DNA of 64,000 bases from Octopus bimaculoides (Eukaryota): positions 32,219,855 to 32,283,854 of the forward strand of contig NC_068982.1 in assembly GCF_001194135.2 (NCBI RefSeq), in the 5' to 3' direction. The position numbers and the translations under genes are program-made. Shown piece by piece: positions 13,427-24,752 of the stretch. The notes beneath the pieces were generated by a model that saw only the letters and a program-made list of their open reading frames with translations, ran no database searches and was not told where the DNA came from. The first letter of the stretch is position 1. Every line of letters starts with the position of its first letter.

Positions 13427-13602
13427 CATAAACAGAATCTTTGTACTCAGATTCTGATCTCCTTCACTGTTAATCATAAATAACATCGATAGTAAAACAT
13501 CCAAATTGCTGTTACTTGAGGTCTCTAAGTGAGACTAGGAACAGCTTGTAATAAATAAATCAACAATGATGTAAATAATAATAATAATGATAATATTAAT
13601 AA

Positions 13603-13658
<56 letters not shown>

Positions 13659-14522
13659 ATGATTTCAAATTTTGGCACAAGGCCAGCAATTTGAGGGTAG
13701 TGGGTAAATTGATTACATCGAACCCCAGTGCTCAACTGGCACTTATTTTATCAACCTCGAAAGGATGAAAGGCAAAGTTGACCAAAGACAGAAGATTTTA
13801 TATCTGTTCTCATATATGGAAGAGTTTTAAATGAACAGAAATCTTGGTATAAATCATTTGTTAGATTTTCATTGGATTCCATTATTATTGTTGAAAATAT
13901 CCATTAAATCCATGATGATCCTTTAATAGGGAAACATTAATATCTTTCAGACACATGCCCTAAGTTCAACAGCAGATAATCATATGGAGAAATTAATAAG
14001 AGAGAAGAAATTCATGTAATTGAAGATTTCATTCACCACTAACTGTTTCAAGTCAAGCCAAGTGAATATGAAAGACTTTAATTAAAAGATGCTTAAAAAT
14101 TATGATTGCATGAATAACCGAAATATGAAAATTTAATGTTTGTTCTAAAACTTGGGACTCCGAATCCAAAATTGGCAAAGATTAACTATTCCTTTTCATT
14201 CTTCCTACGTCAACAAAAATATTACCAGTCAAATGTATTTGTTAGAATTAGTAGAGTGTTAAAGAAAGCTGTTCCTGGTTTTTATGTTATATGCTTGCCT
14301 GCAATGACGCTGGTGCCAATGAATATTAGCTCTAGCCTTTCCTTTGGACAACATTAGTAACATGGAGAGGAGTGGGTTTGTACAAGGATAACTGCTAGTC
14401 TTCTGTAAAATAAATTTTGCCCAAGCCTGTGTTGTACAGAGAAACTTTCCATATGCAGATACAGAGACCCTTATATTTTGAAGTTCATAATGATGAATAT
14501 CACTGGTAGATTCTCATTACAG

Positions 14523-14624
14523 AGGATAGTTTTTCAATGCCATCATGTTCCCTGAACAAGCCAATAACTGATGTTATATTTATTAGTTGCAAAAGAAGGA
14601 TTAGGACTCATAATTGTCTCAGAT
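14523..14624 (+). CDS. Weak candidate plus-strand exon (DSFSMPSCSLNKPITDVIFISCKRRIRTHNCLR)
   Basis: Acceptor ctcattacag, donor gtatgt, open phase 1 to 1; no recognised homology. Confidence 0.2.
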
Positions 14625-15313
14625 GTATGTCGTGAGCAAAACTAAAAGTGGAGGAAAATATTGATAGAATTATTGGAGTTGACGTAAATCAAGCTTTCGA
14701 CAATAGAGGCTGTTGTAAAATAGAAAGAAAAAGACAACCCAAGAAAGAATTAATGGCTGTTGGTGGGTACAGATTGCCTGAAAATAAGCTGATTTAAAGT
14801 GGACTTGAATGTTTGTACATCAGTGTGTCGATGAAGGTACGTATATGTGGTGGTTACATCTCCTCGTATATGTGATTAGTAATTTGACATTGGTTGTATT
14901 TTGTGATTTGTATAAAATCAGCAGCTATTCAGAGCTGATGTATGTTTTAGACCTAACAATAAAGTCAAAAATTAAAAAGAAAAGAACATGAACAACGTTA
15001 AGTGACTGCCTGCAGTGAATAGAAAATTGAATATCAATTTCCCTAGTTGCTCTTCATTTTAAAAACATAAATCTATTGATTCTTTTTTAATTACTTTTCT
15101 CAAGGTGGGATCAATTAATTTAAGTTGGAGTAATTATTACACTTCTAATAAATTAGAAAGTTTGAATTCATTGCTTGTTTCATGGAACCATTTCCCTATG
15201 TACTTCTTTATTGAAATTGTATAGTTAATTTAATTTTTATCTAATAATTACATGATGAATGATACCTCATTACTTAATTTCTGTTATATTATTTCTATGT
15301 TTATTTATTACAG

Positions 15314-15399
15314 ACAATTTGGAAATAAAATTCATTGGTAATGTTGATTGTCAAGTCATATGCAGCCAGCACCAGGGATTAGCTTCTTCTTCTGCATAA
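15314..15399 (+). CDS. Weak candidate plus-strand terminal exon (YNLEIKFIGNVDCQVICSQHQGLASSSA*)
   Basis: Strong acceptor tttatttattacag, open to TAA, AATAAA about 30 nt downstream. Confidence 0.2.
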
Positions 15400-15519
15400 A
15401 CTATCTTTAAGTTGCAATTAAAAATAATTGAATAAACATGTAAGATTCTTTATCAATTGTATACAGTCCAAAAGTTGTACATGTTGACCAAATAGAATGA
15501 ACGCATTATATATTAATTG

Positions 15520-15840
15520 TGAGAGTGTTGGACAAAGAGAGAAGACCCCACTTTAGTCATCAGGCTCAAGTCTGGGCAAGGTTGTTTATGGAAGACCAGC
15601 AGTCACCCATGCATACCAGCCTTCACTCTTCATACCACTGATGTTATCCAAGAGAAATGCAAAGGCTGATACAGCTTGGCACCAGTGATATCACAACTCA
15701 TTTCTACTATGAGTGAACTGGAGCAACATGAAATAAAGTGTCTTGCTCAAGGACACAGCACACAGCCTGGTCCAGGAATTAAACTCCCTACCTCATGATT
15801 GTGAGCCTGACACTCTAACCACTGGGTCGTGTGCCTTCAC
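15520..15840 (-). mobile_element. tRNA-derived SINE family D
   Basis: Reverse complement starts GTGAAGGCAC..CAGTGGTTAGAG and contains TGTGTCCTTGAGCAAGACACTTT; related copies near 3600, 30950, 40850, 45730-46049 and 61909-62200. Confidence 0.75.
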
Positions 15841-15896
15841 ATAGATAAAATACCTTCCAGTAATTCATTACAGCCTTTACTACTCAATTGATATAT

Positions 15897-16650
15897 ACAG
15901 AACCGTGCAAAAGTTTTTGGCCACTTTAAACTATTATAAATTTCTACTAATTGCCAACTCATAAGTGGATGTTTCACAATGTTTTTTTTACAAATGAAAT
16001 ATTGATTGTTGGAGTCATTTCCATACCTAATCATTATATTTTGTAATAGGGGTTCTGAATGAGAGGGGAAGATGTGAGACGGCCACCAAAAGTTATTGGC
16101 CACTAATCAAGATACAGTGTTTTAAAACAGAAAAATGTCTATAATGAAAATTTATCACATAATGTTCATTTCAAGAAGTTACTGTACATTGATAATATTT
16201 CGTGTGGCTTCCCTTAGCTTGAATAATTGCTTCAATGCACCTAGGAAGGGATGCATACAAATCCTTCACCATCTTCACAGGTATGAGATGCCATTCTCTG
16301 TGGCTGAACTCCCACAACTCTTCAAGATTACATGGATTCTTCTGACAAACTCTTCTCTTTAGTTCTGTCCACATTTGTTCGATGATATTTATGCCAGGGT
16401 TCTGAGCTGGCTAATTTTTCGCTGTGGAATCTGTTGTGTTCCATGCGATCTGTGGCATGGATCTCTGTCATGTTGCAAAATATCACCTTCATCCTAGTCT
16501 GGTATCAAATTGTCCTTCACAAACAGGATGTGTTTGGCACTATTCAAGTTACCATCACTTTTTATGTGTCCCCAAAGCATGAGACTCTTATCCCCACACT
16601 TCACAGTTTTCGTCATGTAACGTGAGTCCTTTCGCTTTCTAATAAGCAAG
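15897..16650 (-). mobile_element. Tc1 (DD34E) transposon remnant
   Basis: KTVK..LMLWG, ILQHD.DPCH, NIIEQMWTELKRR..NLEELW...EW...IEAIIQAKGSHTKY; end motif TACAG..GTGCAAAAGTTTTTGGCCAC at 15895. Confidence 0.75.
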
Positions 16651-17184
16651 AATTTGTCCGAAGGCCTCCCAATGTGAATAAATTAGATAAATATTATTAA
16701 ATAAATATTAATTAGACCTTGATTTGTTAGACTAGAGAGCTGTTGATTACAGAAACTAGATAAATGTTAGATAGACCAACTGTTACCTAAATAGACTAGT
16801 ATTGATCTTTCATGGACCTCCATCTTCACTTTATCTGATCCCTACTATTCTTCTTTACTCCCACATAAATTAACCTCAAACTTGCTATGAATTTTGCCCC
16901 TTACTATCATGTCTCTCATTCTTTATTTCCACCCCTATTATTCTTCCTACACACACCCTTACACACACGTGCACATTGGCTTTCCTCCCTCTCTTTCCAT
17001 ATCAGCTACCATTGTTCAACATTACCCCACCAATTCATTCTACTCTACATTTGCATTCCTGCAGCCGAAGTAATAAAAACTTCCTTCATCTTTTTCAATC
17101 TCATACGAAAGGCAAGTATCCAAAACAGGAGAAATTTCAATCCCCTTAGCAAGTCAGTACAGTGGATGATGATGGATGATAAAG

Positions 17185-17222
<38 letters not shown>

Positions 17223-17479
17223 TCAGATGGATTTCTTCTCTTAATTACATGGTTAAACTCAGTTTTGGCCAATTAGGTCCTTGAAAATGCACACTGTGAT
17301 AGAGGTTGCCCTAAAATTTGGACATTTGGTTGTAAGTGTTTTTGTTGCTCCAGGAATCACTAAAACTTTTATATTTGAACAATGCCTTTCCTTCAAATCA
17401 TGTTTATTTCACACTATTTCACTCATAATTTAGTCTCAATTACATAGAATGCAAATATAGAAAAAAAATGCAGAAACAT

Positions 17480-17870
17480 AGGTGTGGTGTGGTATGGCTA
17501 TATGGTAAGAAGTTTGCTTACAAACCACATGGTTCTGGGTTCAGTTCTACTATGTGGCACCTTGGTCAAGTGTCTTCTATTATAGCCTTAGGCTGACTAA
17601 AGCCTTGTGATTGGATTTGGTAGATGGAAACTGAAAGAAAACCATAGTGTGTGTGTGTGTATGTGTGCGTGTGTGTGCATGTGCGTATGCGCACACATGC
17701 ATATGTATGTCTGTGTCTGTGTTTGACCCCCTTCACTACATCCCTGTAACCTAGCAGATTAGCAAAAGAGACTGATAGAATAAGTACCAGGCTTTAAAAA
17801 ATTAAGTACTGGGGGCAATTAGTTTGACTAAAATTTTTCAAAGTAATGCCCTTGAAACAAGTAAAAAGGG
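17480..17870 (+). mobile_element. SINE family A, diverged copy
   Basis: Head TGGTAAGAAGTTTGCTTAC..GGTTCAGTTC, internal (GT)n, tail GAAACAAGTAAAAAG. Confidence 0.75.
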
Positions 17871-17949
17871 GTTAAAAAAAAAGAAACAATTGAATCAGAC
17901 CTTGCATGTTTTCAAAATGCTCAAAATGATCAGTTAAAACTTCCTTTAC

Positions 17950-18310
17950 AAGTTCAAAATAGGCTATTGATGAAATACTTTCATCTTTCTATTGCTTGCT
18001 TTGTAACACATTCAAGAAAAACAGACTATTTCTGTAATTCAAAAAGATTTATAGAAGCTAAACTTGAGTTCAAATTCTGAAATAAAAGTATGAGCTTGAA
18101 TCATATCATTCATTTGTAATTGTTTCTGCACTTTATTAAATTCAGAATATAATTCAGCTAAATGAAGCAGGTGATTTTTATACAGCTCCAATTCATTAAT
18201 TAATGATTGATCCGTATCATTAATGAATTCCACAGTTGAATCAAAAAGTTGAATTAACCTTTGTAAGCATCTTACTTTGATATGTGAAAGAAATTGTTTA
18301 CAGCATTCTG
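17950..18310 (-). mobile_element. hAT (Buster/SCAND3-like) transposase remnant
   Basis: H.KVR..CLQRLIQLFDSTVEF..LAELYSEFNKVQKQLQ..IQAHTFISEFELKFSFYK resembles the HTEVRWLS / LAYLxDLFxxFNxxNLQLQG region of hAT transposases; stops downstream. Confidence 0.55.
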
Positions 18311-20160
18311 CATTGTTATCAGATAATAATGCAGAGATTAGTGAAATAAGTGAAGTTTTACACTTTTTCCTTTTAAATACTTAATATATGTAATCAAAAT
18401 ATTGTGTTGTTTTATACTGAGATTTTTTGCTTTGATCAAAAAATATGTATAAAACACAATGTAACCACATACATTAGGAAATTGTGTCTCAGCAAAAACC
18501 ACCAGTCATAACCGATGGGCCATGAGAAGTACTACCATAACATTATTAAGTGGAATTGTACATTTTCTAAAATAATCCTTCAGACAAATGAAAATCTTTA
18601 ACCCCTTAGCATTTAAACTGGTCATATTCAGCCCCAGTTTTTTACCTGTTATATGTCCACTTACCCTACAATGTCATTCTAAAAAACACAATCACATCAT
18701 CAATATCTTGGAGCTACAAGATAATTCACAATTAATTCAAAACAATGTGAATAAATAAGCATTACATTTGACAGAATAATGTGAATGATAATGTGTTAAA
18801 ACTATTTGGCAATGACAATTTCATGTAAAATGCACTTTCAGCTGGCTCCACATTGCCATTACCTTACACAGGACCTGAAATATTAGATCTCTCAGACACT
18901 GACTCATCCATTTGGATAGTAACTTACATGTTGAAGTTATGAAGTTAGAGTATTTTATCAACATAGTATTTGCTGTATCAGCATAGTATTTACTTTTATC
19001 AACATGGTATTTACTTAAAAGAGTAAACTTAAGAATAGATTCACAGTCCTTCAATATAGCACTTTCTATGTTTTCTAATCATGTGCGACATTCTGTTTTT
19101 GCAGTTGAGAGGTTTTCTTTATCCCCTTTAATATCTGATGATGATTTGACATGATATGAACAATTATTTGCATATTTATTCTTGACACATCTAAGCAGGT
19201 TCAAATGCAAAATAGGCTAGTTGCTGTAGAATATGTCATAGGAGAAAAACTCCACCCTCCCTTTATGACAACGGTGTGTTCAACACACTCAGCTCATTGG
19301 AGTGCAGCATTCTGGGACACTGATGTTTCAACATTGATCTTGTCAGACAGAAGTATCCAGAACTCTGAACCTAAATGAAGCAGCTGGCTTTGTTTAAGCT
19401 TTCAGCAAACAAACTGTTTAGTGGTTGATGCATATATCCTGCCAACCAATAAAAATTTGTTCTTTGCACTGTTCATTACATTCAAATTAAATTGGAACAA
19501 AAGCAGTGTGTTTCAGCAGAAATATAACAGAAAGGATTAAGGTTGGACATTGTCCAGATATTTCTTTTATTTTCTTAGAACTGAAAAAAAAACCCCATTA
19601 GTTTTATCTTTTATCAAACAAACTCTCAAGATGGATTTTCATCTACCAAAGTTCCATTGTATTATTTCAAAATGTCTATTCTCATACCAAACACTTATGT
19701 ATTGTCTCATAAATGATCAAAGGAATAAAACCAAAATTTCAAATATTGCTGTAAATATTTATTCTACATTGATATTTATTGCTTTTGGCATCAAACTAAC
19801 ATTAATGAGTGTTAATATAGATCCCCAATTTTTATAATCTGAATACAATAACACATTAGCTGATCTCATCAAAGTTGTAATAAGCTTAAGTTATGATTAC
19901 AATATTAATTAATGTAATTAAATTATAAATACGTTATAATACCAACATAGAATTTTCTTTCTGCTTAATTTTCACATTCAGCTTGCCAATTTTCAACTAG
20001 TAACATACCATAGCACGAGCAGGAATTGGCAAAAGCATAATACCTAACATTCTTATGATATTAGCTTACTGATATATATATATGTAAGCATGTATGCATG
20101 TATGTATGTATGTATGTAATATATGCCCATACTTATATATGTATGTACATGTGTGTGTGT

Positions 20161-20192
<32 letters not shown>

Positions 20193-20415
20193 NNNNNNNN
20201 NNNNNNNNNNNNNNNNNNNNNNNNNNNNNNNNNNNNNNNNNNNNNNNNNNNNNNNNNNNNNNNNNNNNNNNNNNNNNNNNNNNNNNNNNNNNNNNNNNNN
20301 NNNNNNNNNNNNNNNNNNNNNNNNNNNNNNNNNNNNNNNNNNNNNNNNNNNNNNNNNNNNNNNNNNNNNNNNNNNNNNNNNNNNNNNNNNNNNNNNNNNN
20401 NNNNNNNNNNNNNNN
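20193..20415. other. Assembly gap
   Basis: Run of N between (GT)n and (TA)n. Confidence 0.99.
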
Positions 20416-20518
20416 CAATATATATATATATACACACACACATACATGCATATATACATGTATGTATGTATGTATGTATGTATTATTCTTAAACAAGAAT
20501 ATTATTGAAAATGACATC

Positions 20519-21267
20519 GAAGTTTCAACCAGTTAAGCCATCACCAGATTGTGATGCATTGAAGCTATGTAGTCTTTGTTGAGTTAAAATCTTCCATGTG
20601 TATGTGGGTTTGAGTGGATTGGTAATTAGGTCATAGTGTGGGTTGTTATGGAGAAGTGATTTTTGTGGATTAAATTTGGAGTTATTTTATTGTTTATAAT
20701 TTATTCATGTATGTAGAATGTTGTATGCAGGGTTAAATGCTTATAGAACAATAAAACCTGGAGAGAAGCATATAGGCCAACAACCTTTAATCGTACCCAC
20801 ATCACCTTGGGAACATCAAATTTTTATACTATAATACTATGATAACCCACATCTTGCAAACAAGACAGGAAACACCCTAACAAGAAACTGATGAGCTAAA
20901 ACATACTGCCTACATACATTCTATTGTGAGTCCCTAAAAGACTCCATTTTAAAAAAGTTAGCACCTATTTTTTTAATTTTTAGATACTGGAATTTTGAAG
21001 CTTTGACCTTTACATTGCCTTTACTCTGACCTTTATACTACAAAATTCTATATACATTAATAAACTGTAAACAAAAACATCACCCCAAATTTAATCAATA
21101 AAAATTTATCCAAAACACCTTTCCATAACAACCCACCCAACAACACAATTACCACTCCACTCAAACCCACATACCAAAGGAAGATTTTGCCTTAATTGGT
21201 ACTATATGAAGCCAAGATTAACTACAATGCATTGCAGTCCGATGTTGGCTTAACTGGCCAAAACTAC
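20519..21267. mobile_element. Foldback/MITE with long diverged terminal inverted repeats (MULE-like architecture)
   Basis: Arm 20519-about 20740 matches the reverse complement of about 21010-21267 (e.g. CCAGTTAAGCCA; GTATGTGGGTTTGAGTGGA; GTGGGTTGTTATGGA). Confidence 0.7.
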
Positions 21268-21394
21268 AAAGTAATTTTCTGTAATGTTCTTGTTTAAAAA
21301 TATAAATCTCTACTCTAGAAAAGTATAGAGTAACCCATCAGATTAATGTAGAATTGTTTTTATTATAATTGAACACAAAAAACAAAATTAATGC

Positions 21395-21453
<59 letters not shown>

Positions 21454-23966
21454 ATGCGTGCATGTGCACATGTATGTGTGTGTGTATGTGCATGCATATG
21501 TATATATGTGTGCGTGCATGTGCACATGTGTGTGAATGTGTGTGTTATGAAAAGAAAGAGAAAGTGATATATAAAGAGCAAAAGCTTCATGGGAATTGGT
21601 CTCTTCTACCACTGTCTAAACAAGTGAAACGTCTAGATAGCCTAGGAGCTTAACATAAATAGAATATACATATTTCCTTTATGAGTATATCCACAATTCA
21701 TTCTTACTATTCATTTATTTATTGTAAACATTTATCATGGTCCCAAGAAATATCTAATTATTGTAAAACAATCTTAGGGTAAAAATTTTTCAGTTTGCCA
21801 AATTAAAATGTCACCTTCAGCTACAAACAAATAAATTATATTACAAAGTAAATGAAAAACCCACATAAATTATTATAGATTTGGTAAGACAATTTTCTAA
21901 AAAGATATTTCAACTAAACTGTATTCTTCACAAGTACAGAGAAAGCAGAATGTGACAAAACTATTTACTTCTTTGAAAAAATCAATTTTGTGCATTCACC
22001 TTCACTTGTAAGATCCTGGAAAGGAGGTACAAAAATGGTGCAGGTTATGCATAGCTGAAAAGTGCTCCATACTAAAGAACCTTAACAGAACTTTAGATTA
22101 CCTAAATATATGATCAGAGAACACTAGCAAGTATCACCACTTCCATAAATGCTTGGTGAAGAACTGGAAGATTAGAAGGCATTATCAATAATACCACCAC
22201 TTGACTGAACAGATTAATATTTGAATATTTACAAGGATCATTCATGCTGTGTTTTTTCTCTGTGTCTTAATCCACTATGAAATATGTGTTATGACTACAG
22301 TTCCTGCATTTTATACCACCAAACACTGCTTCAACAAATCATACAACAATATATCTATTGTATACTTATCACACAATATAATCATTAATATTTTCATTTC
22401 TTCAACTTATTAAATCTTCTGCCAATCATATGCCTTCACATTCCTTACAGACGTTTTCTTAACTACCCCTTCAAAGAAACTGCACATAGGAAATACTTAA
22501 TCTTTATAATTATGATGAGGGAAATAACTCACCCATTAACAATTTATATTATGGTATAGAATTATTCCATTTTATATTCCAGCCAAACAAGACCTGAAAT
22601 TCTGTCTGCCATTGAAAACAAGGAATTCATTACAAATTACTATGGCTATTAACACTGAAGGGTGGTACTTTAATTGTTTGGTGATTTGTTTAGAGATGTA
22701 TTTGGTTATGAAACTTTCTGTCATGAAGCAGATTCTCCAATACATTATACCATTATTTGTGTGCATATTTACAAGTGTGCATGATATGCATGGGTGTGTG
22801 TGTGTCTGTTTGTCTATATGTCTGAGAGTGTGAATATGAGTGTTTGCTTTTAATATTGTGTATCAATTTTCTCAGAATGCACAGTCCATGACAAGAAGGA
22901 AAAAAACTTGCTAGTTTGAGATCTTTGTTATTACAGTCTTCTTCATATTAATACATTTGCAGCTTGTATTTTATGCTTTTGCAGTTGAATTCAAAGGTTT
23001 ACTTGTGGGAATTTCAGTAAACATATATTTTCCCTTTTATCATTTTTTTTTTTTTTTTGCAAAATTATCAGAGAAAGGAACCTGACTCCAATACACACCT
23101 GCAAACCACAGTCTTTATCAATACTGCTACTATATTTTATTTTGTCTTTGTACTCTTTTGTTGCTGTTTTTTTAATAATTTTTGTATTCTTTTTTCTGCT
23201 TGATGGAATAATTTCATCAGGTGTAAAGCTTTAGATCAACCATACAGCATAGCTGACTGATAATCTTCTTTGTGTTTTATTACCAAAGTTGTTATCAATC
23301 ATGTTTTAGAGTTAATGGGACTTGTATGATGCATAATTAGATAGATGATAATTAGTCAAATTGGAATATGCCATTCTATATTCTAAAATAATCGGTGAAT
23401 ATGATTTTTTCATCATCATCATTGTTGTCATCATCATCATTGTCATCATCATCATCATCATTGTCGTCATTCTCCTCCTCTTCCTCCTCATCATCATTAT
23501 TAAGGCAATGAACTGGCAGAATTGTTAGCATGCTGGGCAAAATGCTTAGTGACATTTCGTCTATCCTTACATTCTGAGTTCAAATTTCACCGAGGTTGAC
23601 TTTGCCTTTCATTCTTTTGAAGTCAGTAAAGTAAGTACCAATGAAACACTGGGGTTGATATAATCGACTAATCCCTTCGACCAAAATTTCAGGCCTTGTA
23701 TCATTAGTAGAAAGAATTATTATTATTATTGTTGTTGTTGTTATTATTATTATGGAAGGCAGTGAGCTGGCAGAACTGTTAGCACACTGGGTGAAATACT
23801 TAGTGGTATTTTGCTTGTCACTATGTTCTGAGTTCAAATTCCGCCAAGGTCGTCTTTGCCTTTTGTCGTTTTGGGCCAATAAATTAAGTACCAGTGTAAC
23901 ACTGGGGTCGATGTAATCAACTATAACCTACAAAAAATTTCAGGCATTGTGCCTTTGGTAGAAAGG

Positions 23967-24011
<45 letters not shown>

Positions 24012-24667
24012 GAGTAGTGCATGCCATCAAAGTGACACTAGGGTTAAATAAACAAAGCCCAGTTTACCCATCATGACTACCTGTCTGATAAGGTGACACC
24101 AGGCACACGCATCACAACCATATGTGCACAACATAGTGATCTCATATCAAGATAAACAGCTCATGACATTGCAGGTGGGGCCCAGTTAGAATTTTCTTCA
24201 AATCAAGTAGCCCATCCCACACAAAATGTCCCTGAATAAGGGTTGTTTAAAGACATTGAATAAGGGTTGTTTAAGGACGTTGAATAAGGGTTGTTTAAGG
24301 ACGTTGAACAAAACACCCATGTTTCCAAAGGTGAATTATCCAAACCCCAAAGAATTCCTCTCAACACATTATTATGATGCTCCTCCACTACTTCTGCTCG
24401 TGATCAGAGATGCACATATCATCAGCCACTACAGAACATACTCAGCTGTTTAAGGTCAAGCAACTGACAAGCAACTCCGTGGTATTGAGTAAACTATTTG
24501 CTGTAGGCCATCTTTTATACCAAGACAAAATAATGTACATGATAACACTTCCAATCAGTTAAAATCAGAAACCATGAGAGCCACTGCCTTGTACTGGATC
24601 AGGGCATTTATTATTATTATTTTATGTTTGACTTTTGCTTTGCATTTGTACAAGTTGGATCCAAGTC
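24012..24667 (-). mobile_element. Non-coding retroposon embedded in (AAT)n plus probable R4-like LINE 3' tip; internal 24-bp tandem repeat
   Basis: Bounded on both sides by (TTA)n; TGAATAAGGGTTGTTTAAGGACGT x3 at about 24232-24306. Confidence 0.55.
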
Positions 24668-24714
<47 letters not shown>

Positions 24715-24752
24715 GTTGTTGTTGTTGTTGTTGTTGTTGTTATTATTATTAT
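24668..24752. repeat. (TTA)n(TTG)n(TTA)n microsatellite
   Basis: Direct reading. Confidence 0.95.

Noticed and set aside
13900-14100. Faint similarity to a DNA-transposon GHS..D motif, and an alternative plus-strand exon reading
   Set aside because: Too degenerate; neither reading is distinguishable from chance.
19290-19371. Apparent terminal exon GSEFWILLSDKINVETSVSQNAALQ*
   Set aside because: It overlaps a repeat also present at about 37.4 kb, so it is more likely TE-derived.
24232-24306. 24-bp direct repeats as a CRISPR-like array
   Set aside because: The units are contiguous with no spacers, in a eukaryotic retroposon context.
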